NCBI GenBank assembly: GCA_977020255.1
Contig: CDROCS010000615.1
Coordinates: forward strand, 1-64,000
Length of the DNA: 64,000 nucleotides
Origin: Obrimoposthia wandeli
Taxonomy: Eukaryota
Direction: 5' to 3'
Position numbers and translations under genes: made by a program. The notes under the pieces were generated by a model. That model was not told the DNA's origin. It did not search any database and saw nothing but the letters and a program-made list of their open reading frames with translations. Shown piece after piece: positions 52,790 through 63,170 of the stretch (its first letter is position 1; every line of letters begins with the position of its first letter).

Positions 52790-53345
52790 AGCACATGAAG
52801 ATTGTGATAATTACACAAAAAATAGGTGCAGTTTATCGATTTAAAATCTTGATTGGTATATTTGTCTTTCAAAGTATTAAATATTTTAAATGGATGACAG
52901 AGCGGAAATGTAAAGAACCCATGTTTAGATTGTTTATGAGACAGTCGTGATCGAAAGGAATATTGCGAAATCACTGAATAGTCATTATGCAATAATGAAA
53001 TTGAGGATTTTAATATGAACAATTAGATAATACTTTTAAAATAATTCTAACCCCATTATTTGTAAAGTTATGTGTGTTTAGCATTATGTGAGAGTGATAC
53101 CCAAAGATAGAAAAATAGGGTGAAAGCAAAATGGAAGAAGGTATATTTATTGGACTTCAGCTTCCATAGTTACTGCCTAAAGATGACTTCTCAAAAACAT
53201 CAAACAATTTACAACTCTATATTAAACACTTTTAAATTTTTTCGTTCATGAGCTCACATTTAATCCAGTATTAGTAAAATAAACCTTCTTGAGTCATACG
53301 AAAGATTAAGTTACAACCTGTCATTCAAAATACATTATTTATAAT
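52790..53345 (+). pseudogene. DNA transposase remnant (Chapaev3/CMC-like)
   Basis: KNPCLDCL*DSRDRK, EEGIFIGLQ and NLSFKIHYL resemble the C..C.WDSR, KEGIF.GPQ and MSLKIHFL motifs. The family name is from memory. Confidence 0.5.
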
Positions 53346-55929
53346 TCCATATAAAGTTTTAGAAGAATTGCTATGGCTTATATCTGAAGTTTCACCAAAC
53401 AATATTATAATCAAAAACAATTATCCCGGAATGATACAATCAGATTTTGAATCGAATCAATTCAATGTTTTTACTGAAAAATAGAGAGATAATATCCAAT
53501 CTTGGTAATACTTTAAAAATCTTTGATTCCCAATTTTCTTATTGTTTATTTTAAATTGATTACTGCAATTTGACAATTTTGATATAATAAATTTTATATT
53601 TTTATGCTTAAAGTGTCAATACCAAAATGATTATTTAATTTATACCAAACTACTTTCTGTTATCAATACCATATCTAATTCAGTGATGCCAGAAGACGCC
53701 AAAATTCTCCCGTACACTCTCGTTCACAATCAGACGTTACAACTCGTCAACACAGACCTCAACTCAGTTCCCTCCAAATCTGCGATACTCATTCCCTTTC
53801 TTTTTCTGCGCACACAATCTCATTTAACCCTATTATCTATGTATGTTCTTTACATTTTCTTAACTTCGATATTTTATATTGTTTTCGTCTGATTCTCATT
53901 TGTATTCATCCACCCGATTTTAATATTTTGTGATTCAGTTTCCTGAAATGACCATGAAAATATTGTGACATGTGCTTAGTCATAAGCCTTCAGATTTTCT
54001 ACCTCTACGTCATTTTAGTCAGTATTTCTAATTACTCCTGTTGGTAACTTGATTTGAGGTCAATTTGTCAAATAAACTGGTTTAAATGAATGACATTTAA
54101 AACGTGAATTAATTTTATTAAAATATGAACTGTTTATTTTGATGATTTCATGATTATTAAATCATCACTTTAGTTGTGCTCTTTTTTTGACTTTGATACT
54201 CTTCGCAATGGCTTATCAAATACCTGATAATTTATAAATGTTCAGAGGTGAGGAAATATCTTGTTTATAATTATTTTGTGACTAAATTTGAAATAATAAT
54301 GCTTCATATTTTAAATCATTTATTAATTATTAAAGTATTTGACGAAAATAAATTATTATCATTTAAGAAACTATAATTATATTTTATTAACCTACCTTAT
54401 TTTTTTAGTTCTAATACAGTAACAGTAATTTGGATTATAACAAACATTGTCGACACCCTTTATAAAAATTATATGTTGCATTTTACATTTAACTATTTAA
54501 ATAAGTATATCTTAAAATTATTTAAAAATATAAATTTTGATAAAACATTTATTTTTTAATAATTAAAATAATTAAATTAAAACTTTGAACTTTTACATAT
54601 AATCTGATTTCAATTTCAAAATATGTGTTAAAAATGATTATTGTTCACAAAAACAATGATATCTTTTATCTTTCCTGAAACAAAAGTATATAGTGATATT
54701 TATTCAATTGTAGTTGTTTTAATAATTCAAATATAAAAATTTGGCATCATCAAATTATTTTAAAAATATCAAGAAAAGATAATTCTGAAATTCTGGTTAA
54801 TCAAAACAATTATGTTAATTATATACATTGAGCAAGTTGGACATTTGATAAAATGTGTACTGAAAGCCAGTGTTAATTTTGTTATATTTTAACCGTAATT
54901 ACAATGATGTATTCATCCAGAGAAAATCTAAATTGATTAATCGAAGCTTTTACTAATTATTGTCAGTTCTGTGTATTAAGAGTATGTCATATTTCACAGA
55001 TATTTATGCAAAATCTGTTTCTTAATGAAAACAATTTTGTCGGATGTGATTCTTGGAAATTCTTCATATTCGGGAGCAAAACTGGATTGATGCCAAAAGA
55101 TAAATCATGTTTGATGTGTGAACCAATTGGATATTTGTTGGATAAAAATTGATTTTTCTATCATTTCATTTATATAAAACCATTGTCTGTGTTGTATTTT
55201 TTATTGGCCCAAAACATTTTGGTTTCGAAATTACCCATTCGAATATAATAACTTGTCATGTCGGGTTATTTTTCTAGTCACTCAAACCCGAAATTTCTTA
55301 ACTTTCATTCTAAATTTATGCATATTTTTTATGAATTTGAACTTAGTTGAAAACTATTTTACAAATAGTAATCTTACACATTATGGTACATAAAATGTAT
55401 GGTACGTTATGGGTACAATAAATACATTAACTTTTAGTTAAAAATCAACTTATATTTAATTAAATTTTAAATTGTTTCTTTTCTATTTTCAAGTTATTAA
55501 AGTAGAAATCGCAAATCTTCTTCATATTCTCAAAATGTTCTCTAAAATATTGTCTGAAAAAATATCAGGTACAGAAAAATATTTTGAGATATTTAAATAA
55601 ATCAAATTTTTGTACATAATAACATTGCTCAAGAGTTGTAATGAAAAATAAATTAATGCATTGAAAGCAACTTTAAAATTAAAATACATAAAATCAATAA
55701 AAGCAGATTTATGTTTAGAAACATTAAAATAAATAAACCCTCAAAATGAAACAGATTGAGTGACTCATTATTTTTAAATATTATTGTATATCTACTACTT
55801 ATAGACATAGGTAGAACAGTACTTGTTAGAAATAGGTTGGAAAAGTAGAAAGTTGTCATAAGTAGAATATATCATCGAAAGCGAAGAACGCTTTTTGCAC
55901 TAGTACATACCATGAATGAAAGCTTTAAT

Positions 55930-56300
55930 AGGAACAAGGTACTTTTTCTGATGATATATCAGTCAAATTATCGTCACGATGGCGTATAATCGTTTGAAGA
56001 ACGGAAATTATCAGAATCATTCGTTATATAGGCTGATAAATGCATGTGGAGAAAAAGTCAGTTATTTTTTGGGTATGTAAATGGAGGTGGATTAAGTTTC
56101 TTGATGACTGTATAAGGGAATGTATATTCAGTTAAATGAATTCTCGAACTTTCTTAATGACATGTCTTCAACAAAATCGAGCTCCATCTCGATATTCCAA
56201 ATTAAAAAATAACTTTTTCAATCGAAATAATATCGAAATTTTGCGATTCTGGTTTCCAATCTCCCTAGACTTAAATATAATTGAAAATATACATATTAGA
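55930..56300 (+). pseudogene. Tc1/mariner transposase remnant
   Basis: KVLF(S)D and QQNRAP...RFWFPISLDLNIIEN match QQDNAP...WP..SPDLNPIEN. Confidence 0.7.
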
Positions 56301-56473
56301 AAAGATAAACTTGAAATAAGTACCTTTTAAAACAAAAGAGCTACCATCAAGCGATCACACTAATCATAATAGAATCATAATAAAATTGTATTTTTATATC
56401 AGATCTAAACAGAACAAATCTCCCCGACAATATTGATTTTAAATTGTTGGATAAACATTGTATTTTTATGGTA

Positions 56474-57915
56474 AGTAAGTGGATGTGGCACTTCTGTAAC
56501 AAAGCCTTGGGGGTATGAGGACAAGTTAAGGTAATTATGAGGTCAAAATGTAGGTTAAGGTCATCTGAGGTCAAAAAGTAGGTTACGGTCATGTAATGTA
56601 GGTCACATTTCTCACGAGTACGCATGATATTTCAAGGTCATGTCCTTTGTTATATAGTGCACTCATAACTTGAGCTCATATGCTTACTATGAGATCAAGG
56701 TTATTATGAGATCATGTGTCCACCATGAGCTCAAGGTTATGATCTAGGTCATGAGCCCATGTGCCGACTATGAGCTCATGCATTTGTCTTGAAATACACA
56801 ATCATATCAGCTAAAAGGTATATTGCTTTCTAAAACCCATATGATGATTAATCAAATAATGTTTGAAAAACACAATAGAAGCACAACAATCAATAGATAT
56901 TTATCCTTCTACTAGGTCTCTCAAACATATATTAGAATAATAAAAAATATCTTACCTAAATACTGCAGCAGAATAAAAAGAAAAATAAAACTCACTTGAA
57001 TTGGCACTGCAGCTGCATAAATAAATAAAATCCATCGGCAGACTGATGTGATTATTACATCAACAGCTGCCATTAGCCGCACACACCCTCAAATACAAGA
57101 CAGAGAAAATCTCTGCCTTGTATTGGAGTGTGTGTGCGTGCCGCAGGGAAGATAAATTCCCATGCTCACACAGCACAGACGTGATGAAAATGTCACGTGA
57201 CTGTGTGAGTGTGTGATTTACAAGTATTTGCACTTGTTTGCAACATAAGTACACGTGATGTGCTTTGTTCTTTGTGAATTTTTCCTATGGGAACTTTCAC
57301 TTGCTGAGAACATGAGTCTTTCAGAACAACGACTATGAGCTCATGGTTACTCACTCACTCTTGAAGGTACTTCTTTTAAGGAAGTTATTTGAGTTGCTTC
57401 TTTTAAGGAAATTCTTTGAGTTACTTCTTTTAAGGAAGTTCTTTCAGTATCTTCTTTAAAGGAAGTTCTTTGAGTTGCTTCTTTTAAGGAAATTCTTGAA
57501 GTTTCTTTTTTAAAGTACTTCTTATTGCTGATTCTTCGAGTTGGTTCTTTGAGCTGATTCTTTAATATAGTTATTCGAATAGTGTTCTCTCAAAGGTTCT
57601 AAAACCTTAAAGGGTGGACACTTAAGGGTTCAAACCTCAACATTTTTATTTTTCTCTTTTTTAAAGTTATATATAATAGGCTTGACCTTTAATGGTCTAA
57701 AACCTTCAAAAGTTTTATTTTTCTACTTTTCAAAGTTATATATAATAGGCTTGATTAGAACTTAGTCAGACCTTCGTGGGTATCCCTTTAAGGGTTTTAA
57801 ACCTTCTAACATTTATTTTTTTCAAAAAGTTAAAAACCTTTTATGTTTGAATTTTCAAAATGTTTTGGCGCCAAAATTAAAATGTTTTTAAAACAATTGT
57901 ACATCATTTTCAACA
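56474..57915 (+). repeat. Polinton long-type left TIR region
   Basis: Starts AGTAAGTGGATGTGGCACTTCTGTAACAAAG. Contains AAGGTCA repeats and a 29-bp sub-array at 57365-57500. Its outer and inner parts match 13147-13520 and, inverted, 19310-19884. Confidence 0.7.
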
Positions 57916-57959
57916 AAAACATTCGTGTATGATGTGAGATATATAAGGTATTTTAAAAA

Positions 57960-58168
57960 ATTACAACCAACACGGAAACCTAGTTTAATTAACGAAAATC
58001 GAGAAGAAAGAACAAATTAGTGAAAAGAAAAATCCATTGGAGTCTTTAAGCATTAATCAGCCGGAGGAAGAGCACTCCGACGGAGAAACAAGAATCCATT
58101 AGAGTCTCTAAGCATTAATCAGCCGAGGATCTCCATACGAGGATCTACTTTCAAATAGAAACCCAACA
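57960..58168 (+). mobile_element. Ty3/Gypsy 5' LTR (3' part)
   Basis: Ends ...AAATAGAAACCCAACA and is followed by a PBS and gag. Confidence 0.7.
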
Positions 58169-58176
58169 TATTAAAT

Positions 58177-58192
58177 TGGTGCCCCGAGTGAG
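58177..58192 (+). promoter_or_regulatory. Putative primer binding site
   Basis: TGGTGCCCCGAGTGAG starts 9 nt after the LTR end and resembles a tRNA-Trp-type PBS; the tRNA identity is uncertain. Confidence 0.55.
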
Positions 58193-58831
58193 TATAGTTC
58201 GTCGGACACAGCGAATTCACGTATAATAAGACAGCGAATTGAGAATAAGTTATATAAAAAGAATATATAAGTAAATTGAGATAAGATAATTGAGAATAAG
58301 TGTTAAACCGAGTAGATAAGTTCCTCGAAGTAAATAAATTGAATAAGTTGATAAATCGAGAAGATATATTCCTCGAAGACATAAATTAAATAGGTTGATA
58401 AATCGAGTAGATATATTCCTCGAAGAAATAAATTAAATATGTTGATAAATCGAGTAGATAAGTCCTCGAAGAGACAAATTGATAATAAATTAAGACAACG
58501 AATAATAAAAAAGGACCTGCGTTTAATACTACAGGACAAAATCAGATTCCACAGGAGGTTATAAATAATAATAGTTTGAGGCGAATTGAACAGGTTCCTC
58601 GAGCAGATAAAGAAGTTATAGAAGAAGCTAGAATCGAAGAAAACGTATCAGAAATCAATCAGCAGTTTCAACCGGCAGTTTTGAATTAACTGATTTGTTT
58701 GGTGAAGTAAACCCAGAAGAAACTGAAGTCATTGAAGTTGTGAATCAAGAAAATATTGAAATTGTTAATCCAGAAGAGATTGAAGAAATTAAGGAAATGA
58801 AGCGGATAATATTAAAGAGATAGTCGAAAAC

Positions 58832-60437
58832 ATGGCTAACGCAGGAGCTAATGCAGGAAATAATGCAGGAAATAACGTAGGTAATATGAATGCAGAACAG
58901 TTGGCACAAATCTTGAATGCGACGTTGAGACCCAACATTTCAGGATCATTGCAGATTACAAAGTTTAAAAGAGATGATTAAAGTATTTGCGACTTCCTCG
59001 AGGAATATTCGAGTTGCACAGACGTTCAAGGATGGAACGACAGAGAAAAATGTGTCCGCGTACAGGCGCATTTGACAGGATTAGCACTCGGAGTGTATAA
59101 ACATTTGACATAAGTAGAACATGCAGATTGGGAAACGTTGGAAAATACTTTTATAGGAAAATTGGTATTGGGAAATCTAACAAAAGTAAATAAGCGAATT
59201 TTGAGAGAACGGAAACAGAAATATGATGAGAGCGTGAATGAATACGCGTATGTCTTGAGAACCTTGGCAGCACGAGTGCATCCAAGAAGAATATTGAGAA
59301 ACCAGGAAGGTGAACCTCTAGCTGAAGATGTACAATTAGCGGAAGATAATCGGAACAAAAATGAAATGGCAGAAGTTTTGCTGAATATTTTCAGAGGAGT
59401 ATTAAAAAAAGACATTAAAGTATTATTGACAGTATCAGATACAAATGATTTTGACATTCCGTACGGAAGGCGAGAAAAATTGAGAAGAATATAAAGAATA
59501 ACGCAGCATTAGCCATTTACGCAATGGCCGCAGTTGATGATGATAAGAACAAGGTATTTGCAAATAAGACAGAATCAAGTAATTTTCAGAATCAAAATTA
59601 TGGACAAAAGAAGTTCGATAAAGGAGATAAATCCAGTAACGGGAATATAATTAATTTCCGAAGTAGAATTAGAGATGATTCAAGAGATAGAAACAATAAC
59701 GAGTCTTGGAATAGGAATCAAGACGATTCAAAAAGTAGAAATAGTAAGGATTCGTAGAACAGGAACATATATAATTCCAGAAATAGATTTAGTAGAGATA
59801 ACTCAGACAATCGCCTACCTTGGAGAGGAGACAATCAAAATTATAACGCAAACAGAGGAGAGTGAAATGAATTTATCTTCAGAAATATACCGGAGACAGT
59901 GATGGAAGATTCAATAATTGAGGAAGTGGTTATGAATCGAACTTTCGAAGAAATGATTTTAGAGGACGGTATGACAATAGACAGAATATTCGCCGACTAC
60001 AGTTCGAAGATGAACAGAATAAAATATATATTCGAGGGAGAATAATGTGTTAACCGTGCAAACAGATGGGTCACTACTCAAGAGATTGTACACTGAGTAA
60101 GGAATTCGGAAAAAGTAGATTCGGTAATAATAATTTTGGAAATAATTACAGAGGATATAATTCACCCCACCATAGAATAGAGGTGGTAGGTTTACTCCGC
60201 CGCAATGGAGAATGAATAATCAGTACATGGATAGACAACAGTCGCCAGGCAGATATAATAATTATGCAGACAGACAACAAGGAACATAGAGATATAATAA
60301 TTCAGGAAGATATAATTATAATGTTGATAAGACAAATAGTCGTGAAAGCTCACCAAAACCCAAAGGAAATTTTAGTTACATAAACGATGAAAGCGACAGG
60401 AATCGCGACACCAAACTTAGACGCGAAATAGATTTTG
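58832..60437 (+). pseudogene. Ty3/Gypsy gag
   Basis: GWNDREKCVRVQAHLTGLALGVY...WETLENTF...RKQKYDESVNEYAYVLRTLA, followed by an N/R-rich tail; stops present and no pol. Confidence 0.8.
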
Positions 60438-60610
60438 AAGATAATGATCACCCTTGAAGGTTTTAAACTCTTAGAGATAACCGTATTCGAATAACCATAT
60501 AAAGAATCAATGAATCAGCTCAAAGAACCAACTCGAAGAACCAGCAATAATAAGTACCTTAAAAGAAGCAACCCAAAAAGTTTTCTTAAAAGAAGCAGCT
60601 CAAATAACCA
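60430..60610 (-). repeat. Inverted copy of TIR segment 57440-57615
   Basis: GAATCAGCTCAAAGAACCAACTCGAAGAA is the reverse complement of 57530-57560, with homologous flanks. Confidence 0.85.
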
Positions 60611-60714
60611 GCTCAAATATATCAGTTCTAACTCTAAAGTCATCAGAACAATCTTGAGTAAAATCTATAAAAATGTATCCATGAGGAATAGTAGTATCTT
60701 GAAATGAATCAATT

Positions 60715-61204
60715 AAGAAATTTCTATTATTCGGGTAAGCTTGTCTTGAAACAAAATCAACAACCGTCTGATCACGTGGATAATGAAGAGAACAAGGTAA
60801 TGTACATGTAAATTACGAGTTCTATAATTCCCTCCTTGATGAAATAGATTTTGCGTGATGAAAACAATAGTTACTTCTCGATGTCGTGCTATTTTAGTGA
60901 ATAAATTATTGAAATCACTATCTTTATTTGCTTCTTGATATAAATCATCAATAACAACAACATCATGCCGTTGTAATCGCTCAGAGCAATTATCATCGAA
61001 TCCAATAATGACTTTTATATTTTTGATTTTCTTAAACTCTTTACTGGTTAAACCAGCTTCTCCATCTCCTCCCTAATGCTAATATATCTTATTAAACTTA
61101 AAAGTAAAGTATTTATTATTTTACAGTAACTTACATACAAAATAAGTTTTCCCACTGCCACTAGGACACACAATCTGAAAAACTGAATTATTTTTAAAGT
61201 TCAT
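60715..61204 (-). pseudogene. Packaging ATPase (A32/FtsK-like)
   Basis: FQIVCPSGSGKT (Walker A), VVIDDL (Walker B), ARHREVTIVFITQNLF and RNLHVHYLVLF; three in-frame stops. Confidence 0.88.
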
Positions 61205-61340
61205 ATTAAAAATATTAGATTATCGGGATAATGTTTATAAGACAAAGCTATTTAAAATATTTTATTATAATACATCCACCAACAAACAATAAAAATAAAT
61301 TCTCCCAGAAAAAGCTCCTTTTCTCTTCTTTCTTGGCAAA

Positions 61341-61535
61341 TTATTCTTTCTTCTGATCGTATGATAGAATAAGACGATTGACTGCCTTGTCGTGCACCAT
61401 TCTTCGTACGTGGTCCTCCAGGGGTTGATTTGAAACATCAATGAGTTTCAGAACATCTTCTTCTATAACATTCTTCGAAATGAAGCTCTTCACTGCCTTG
61501 TCAACATCTTGCTTGAAATAATTCGGAGTAGACAT
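61341..61535 (-). CDS. Small hypothetical ORF
   Basis: 64-aa ATG ORF co-oriented with its viral neighbours. Confidence 0.3.
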   Translation of the reverse strand: MSTPNYFKQDVDKAVKSFISKNVIEEDVLKLIDVSNQPLEDHVRRMVHDKAVNRLILSYDQKKE

Positions 61536-61592
61536 AATGAAGAAGCAGTAAAAATTAATCTGCTATATACTATACATATAAAATCTGATTGG

Positions 61593-61777
61593 TTAATAAA
61601 GACACTGACCAATAAAGACACTAACTAATAAAGACACTGACTAATAAAGACACTGATTAATAAAGACACTAACTAATAAAGACACTGATTAATAAAGACA
61701 CTAACTAATAAAGACACTGACTAATAAATACACTGATTAATAAAGACACTAACTAATAAAGACACTGACTAATAAAG
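61593..61777. repeat. 16-bp tandem array, about 11 copies
   Basis: Unit TAATAAAGACACT(G/A)A(C/T). Confidence 0.95.
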
Positions 61778-61778
61778 A

Positions 61779-62258
61779 TTAATATAATTTACACATGATA
61801 ACGATTAAAAATTCGTATTTGATGAAGCATAGCTTAATTGGGAGCGGCAATAGTCCGTTTAGCTTTAACAAGATTGGAAGAGATAAAAATGTAATAACAA
61901 TGCAAGCAGCATGTAAACTACCATAATGGCCACATACTAAAATCTTACCACCATTTTTGATAGTTTCTTTAATTATATTATTAGTCTGTTTATAATACGT
62001 CATTATTGTTTCTCCTAACTTTGAGTTTACAAAGACAGAAGTATATTTAAATTTCTTATAATATATCTTATTCAGTATATATGTATTGATTACATGAGTG
62101 AATTCGGATTTCAAAAGTTTAGTTTCATCAAAAGCATCTCGATAATTGCCAATATATAATTGATTTACAAAAATCTCACGCATTTTTGTTTTGTTTAATT
62201 TTTCTACATTAAGTTGAGTAAATCTAGTACTAAACAAACTATCAAAAAGATGGGTCAT
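61779..62258 (-). CDS. Dual-specificity phosphatase-like protein with a degenerate active site
   Basis: EIFVNQLYIGNYRDAFDETKL..FTHVIN and IKNGGKILVCGHYGSLHAACIV, compared with the canonical VHCxxGxSRS. Confidence 0.75.
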   Translation of the reverse strand: MTHLFDSLFSTRFTQLNVEKLNKTKMREIFVNQLYIGNYRDAFDETKLLKSEFTHVINTYILNKIYYKKFKYTSVFVNSKLGETIMTYYKQTNNIIKETIKNGGKILVCGHYGSLHAACIVITFLSLPILLKLNGLLPLPIKLCFIKYEFLIVIMCKLY

Positions 62259-62524
62259 GTGTTTGATTTCATTGGAGTATCAGTTTCATTATAGACACGT
62301 GATTTGATTGGAGTATTATTCAACTTTTTCATTGTACTTAACATCTCATGTATATGTTGTTGATGACGTAACCTAAAGAATTAAATAAACTACAAATAAA
62401 TATTACTCATGACTATTTTTCCTAATTAAAGCATTGAGAATAACTGAATATCTTTTAATGCATCCTGTACATCTTTACATTCAATAATTTCATTCATTTT
62501 ATGATAAAGCAAATCAAATATTGT

Positions 62525-63053
62525 TTATAACCCAGAAAATTCTATTTTTAGTAACATTGCGTCTATTTGCTTGTCTTTGTTTAGGAAATAAATAACACAA
62601 ATGTGAAGATCTATATTAAACAAAATACATTCAATCTGATATTCATAATTTAAAGATTTAACATCAATTATCATAATCTTCCCGCTCGCAAAAATGTTCA
62701 CGCATTGTGAATTGTACTTGACGTATCGAAGTCCCGGGAAGATCTCTGGCTCGTAAACAGCTTCCGAACCCATACTCTTGCTCATCTTGCTCAGGTTTAT
62801 TGATGTTTCTAGATTGCTTCTGAGACTGAGTGATATGATTGTTTTTGATTTTTATATCAAAAGGAAGAGTGCTTTCATCCAACACTGTTTTACAACCCAT
62901 TATTCTGCATGTCATTAAATTATAATTATATTTAAATGTAAAAAATAAATTACCAGATTTGAAAATGATAATAGTATAACCTTCACACTTGAGTCGATAC
63001 TGATGAGGCTTCGAAGTCCGAAATTGTAAGTGTTAAATGTTACTTACAACCAT
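62525..63053 (-). pseudogene. TBP-fold gene, copy 2
   Basis: YTIIIFKSG|TCRIMGCK and AVYEPEIFPGLRYVKYNSQCVNIFASGKIMIIDVKS. 39-nt intron-like insert at 62915-62953, one stop and one frameshift. Confidence 0.8.
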
Positions 63054-63170
63054 TCCCTTGTAATTAATATTCACTAATTTGATATTGTGAAGTAGCATTT
63101 CTGATTATTATAAACTGATTTCTTCTTTTTATACTATTTGAATATATATTTTTAGATTACATGTCTTTGT

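Noticed and set aside
46130-55300. Additional host exons (e.g. near 48250-48360, 49370-49500, 51170-51255)
   Set aside because: Some have splice-like edges, but I could not assign products or join them with confidence.
62998-63055. Hammerhead-like CTGATGAG...CGAAA with an 8-bp stem
   Set aside because: No NUH triplet or stem I partner. It is the antisense of TBP-like codons (KPHQY) that are conserved in the other copy.
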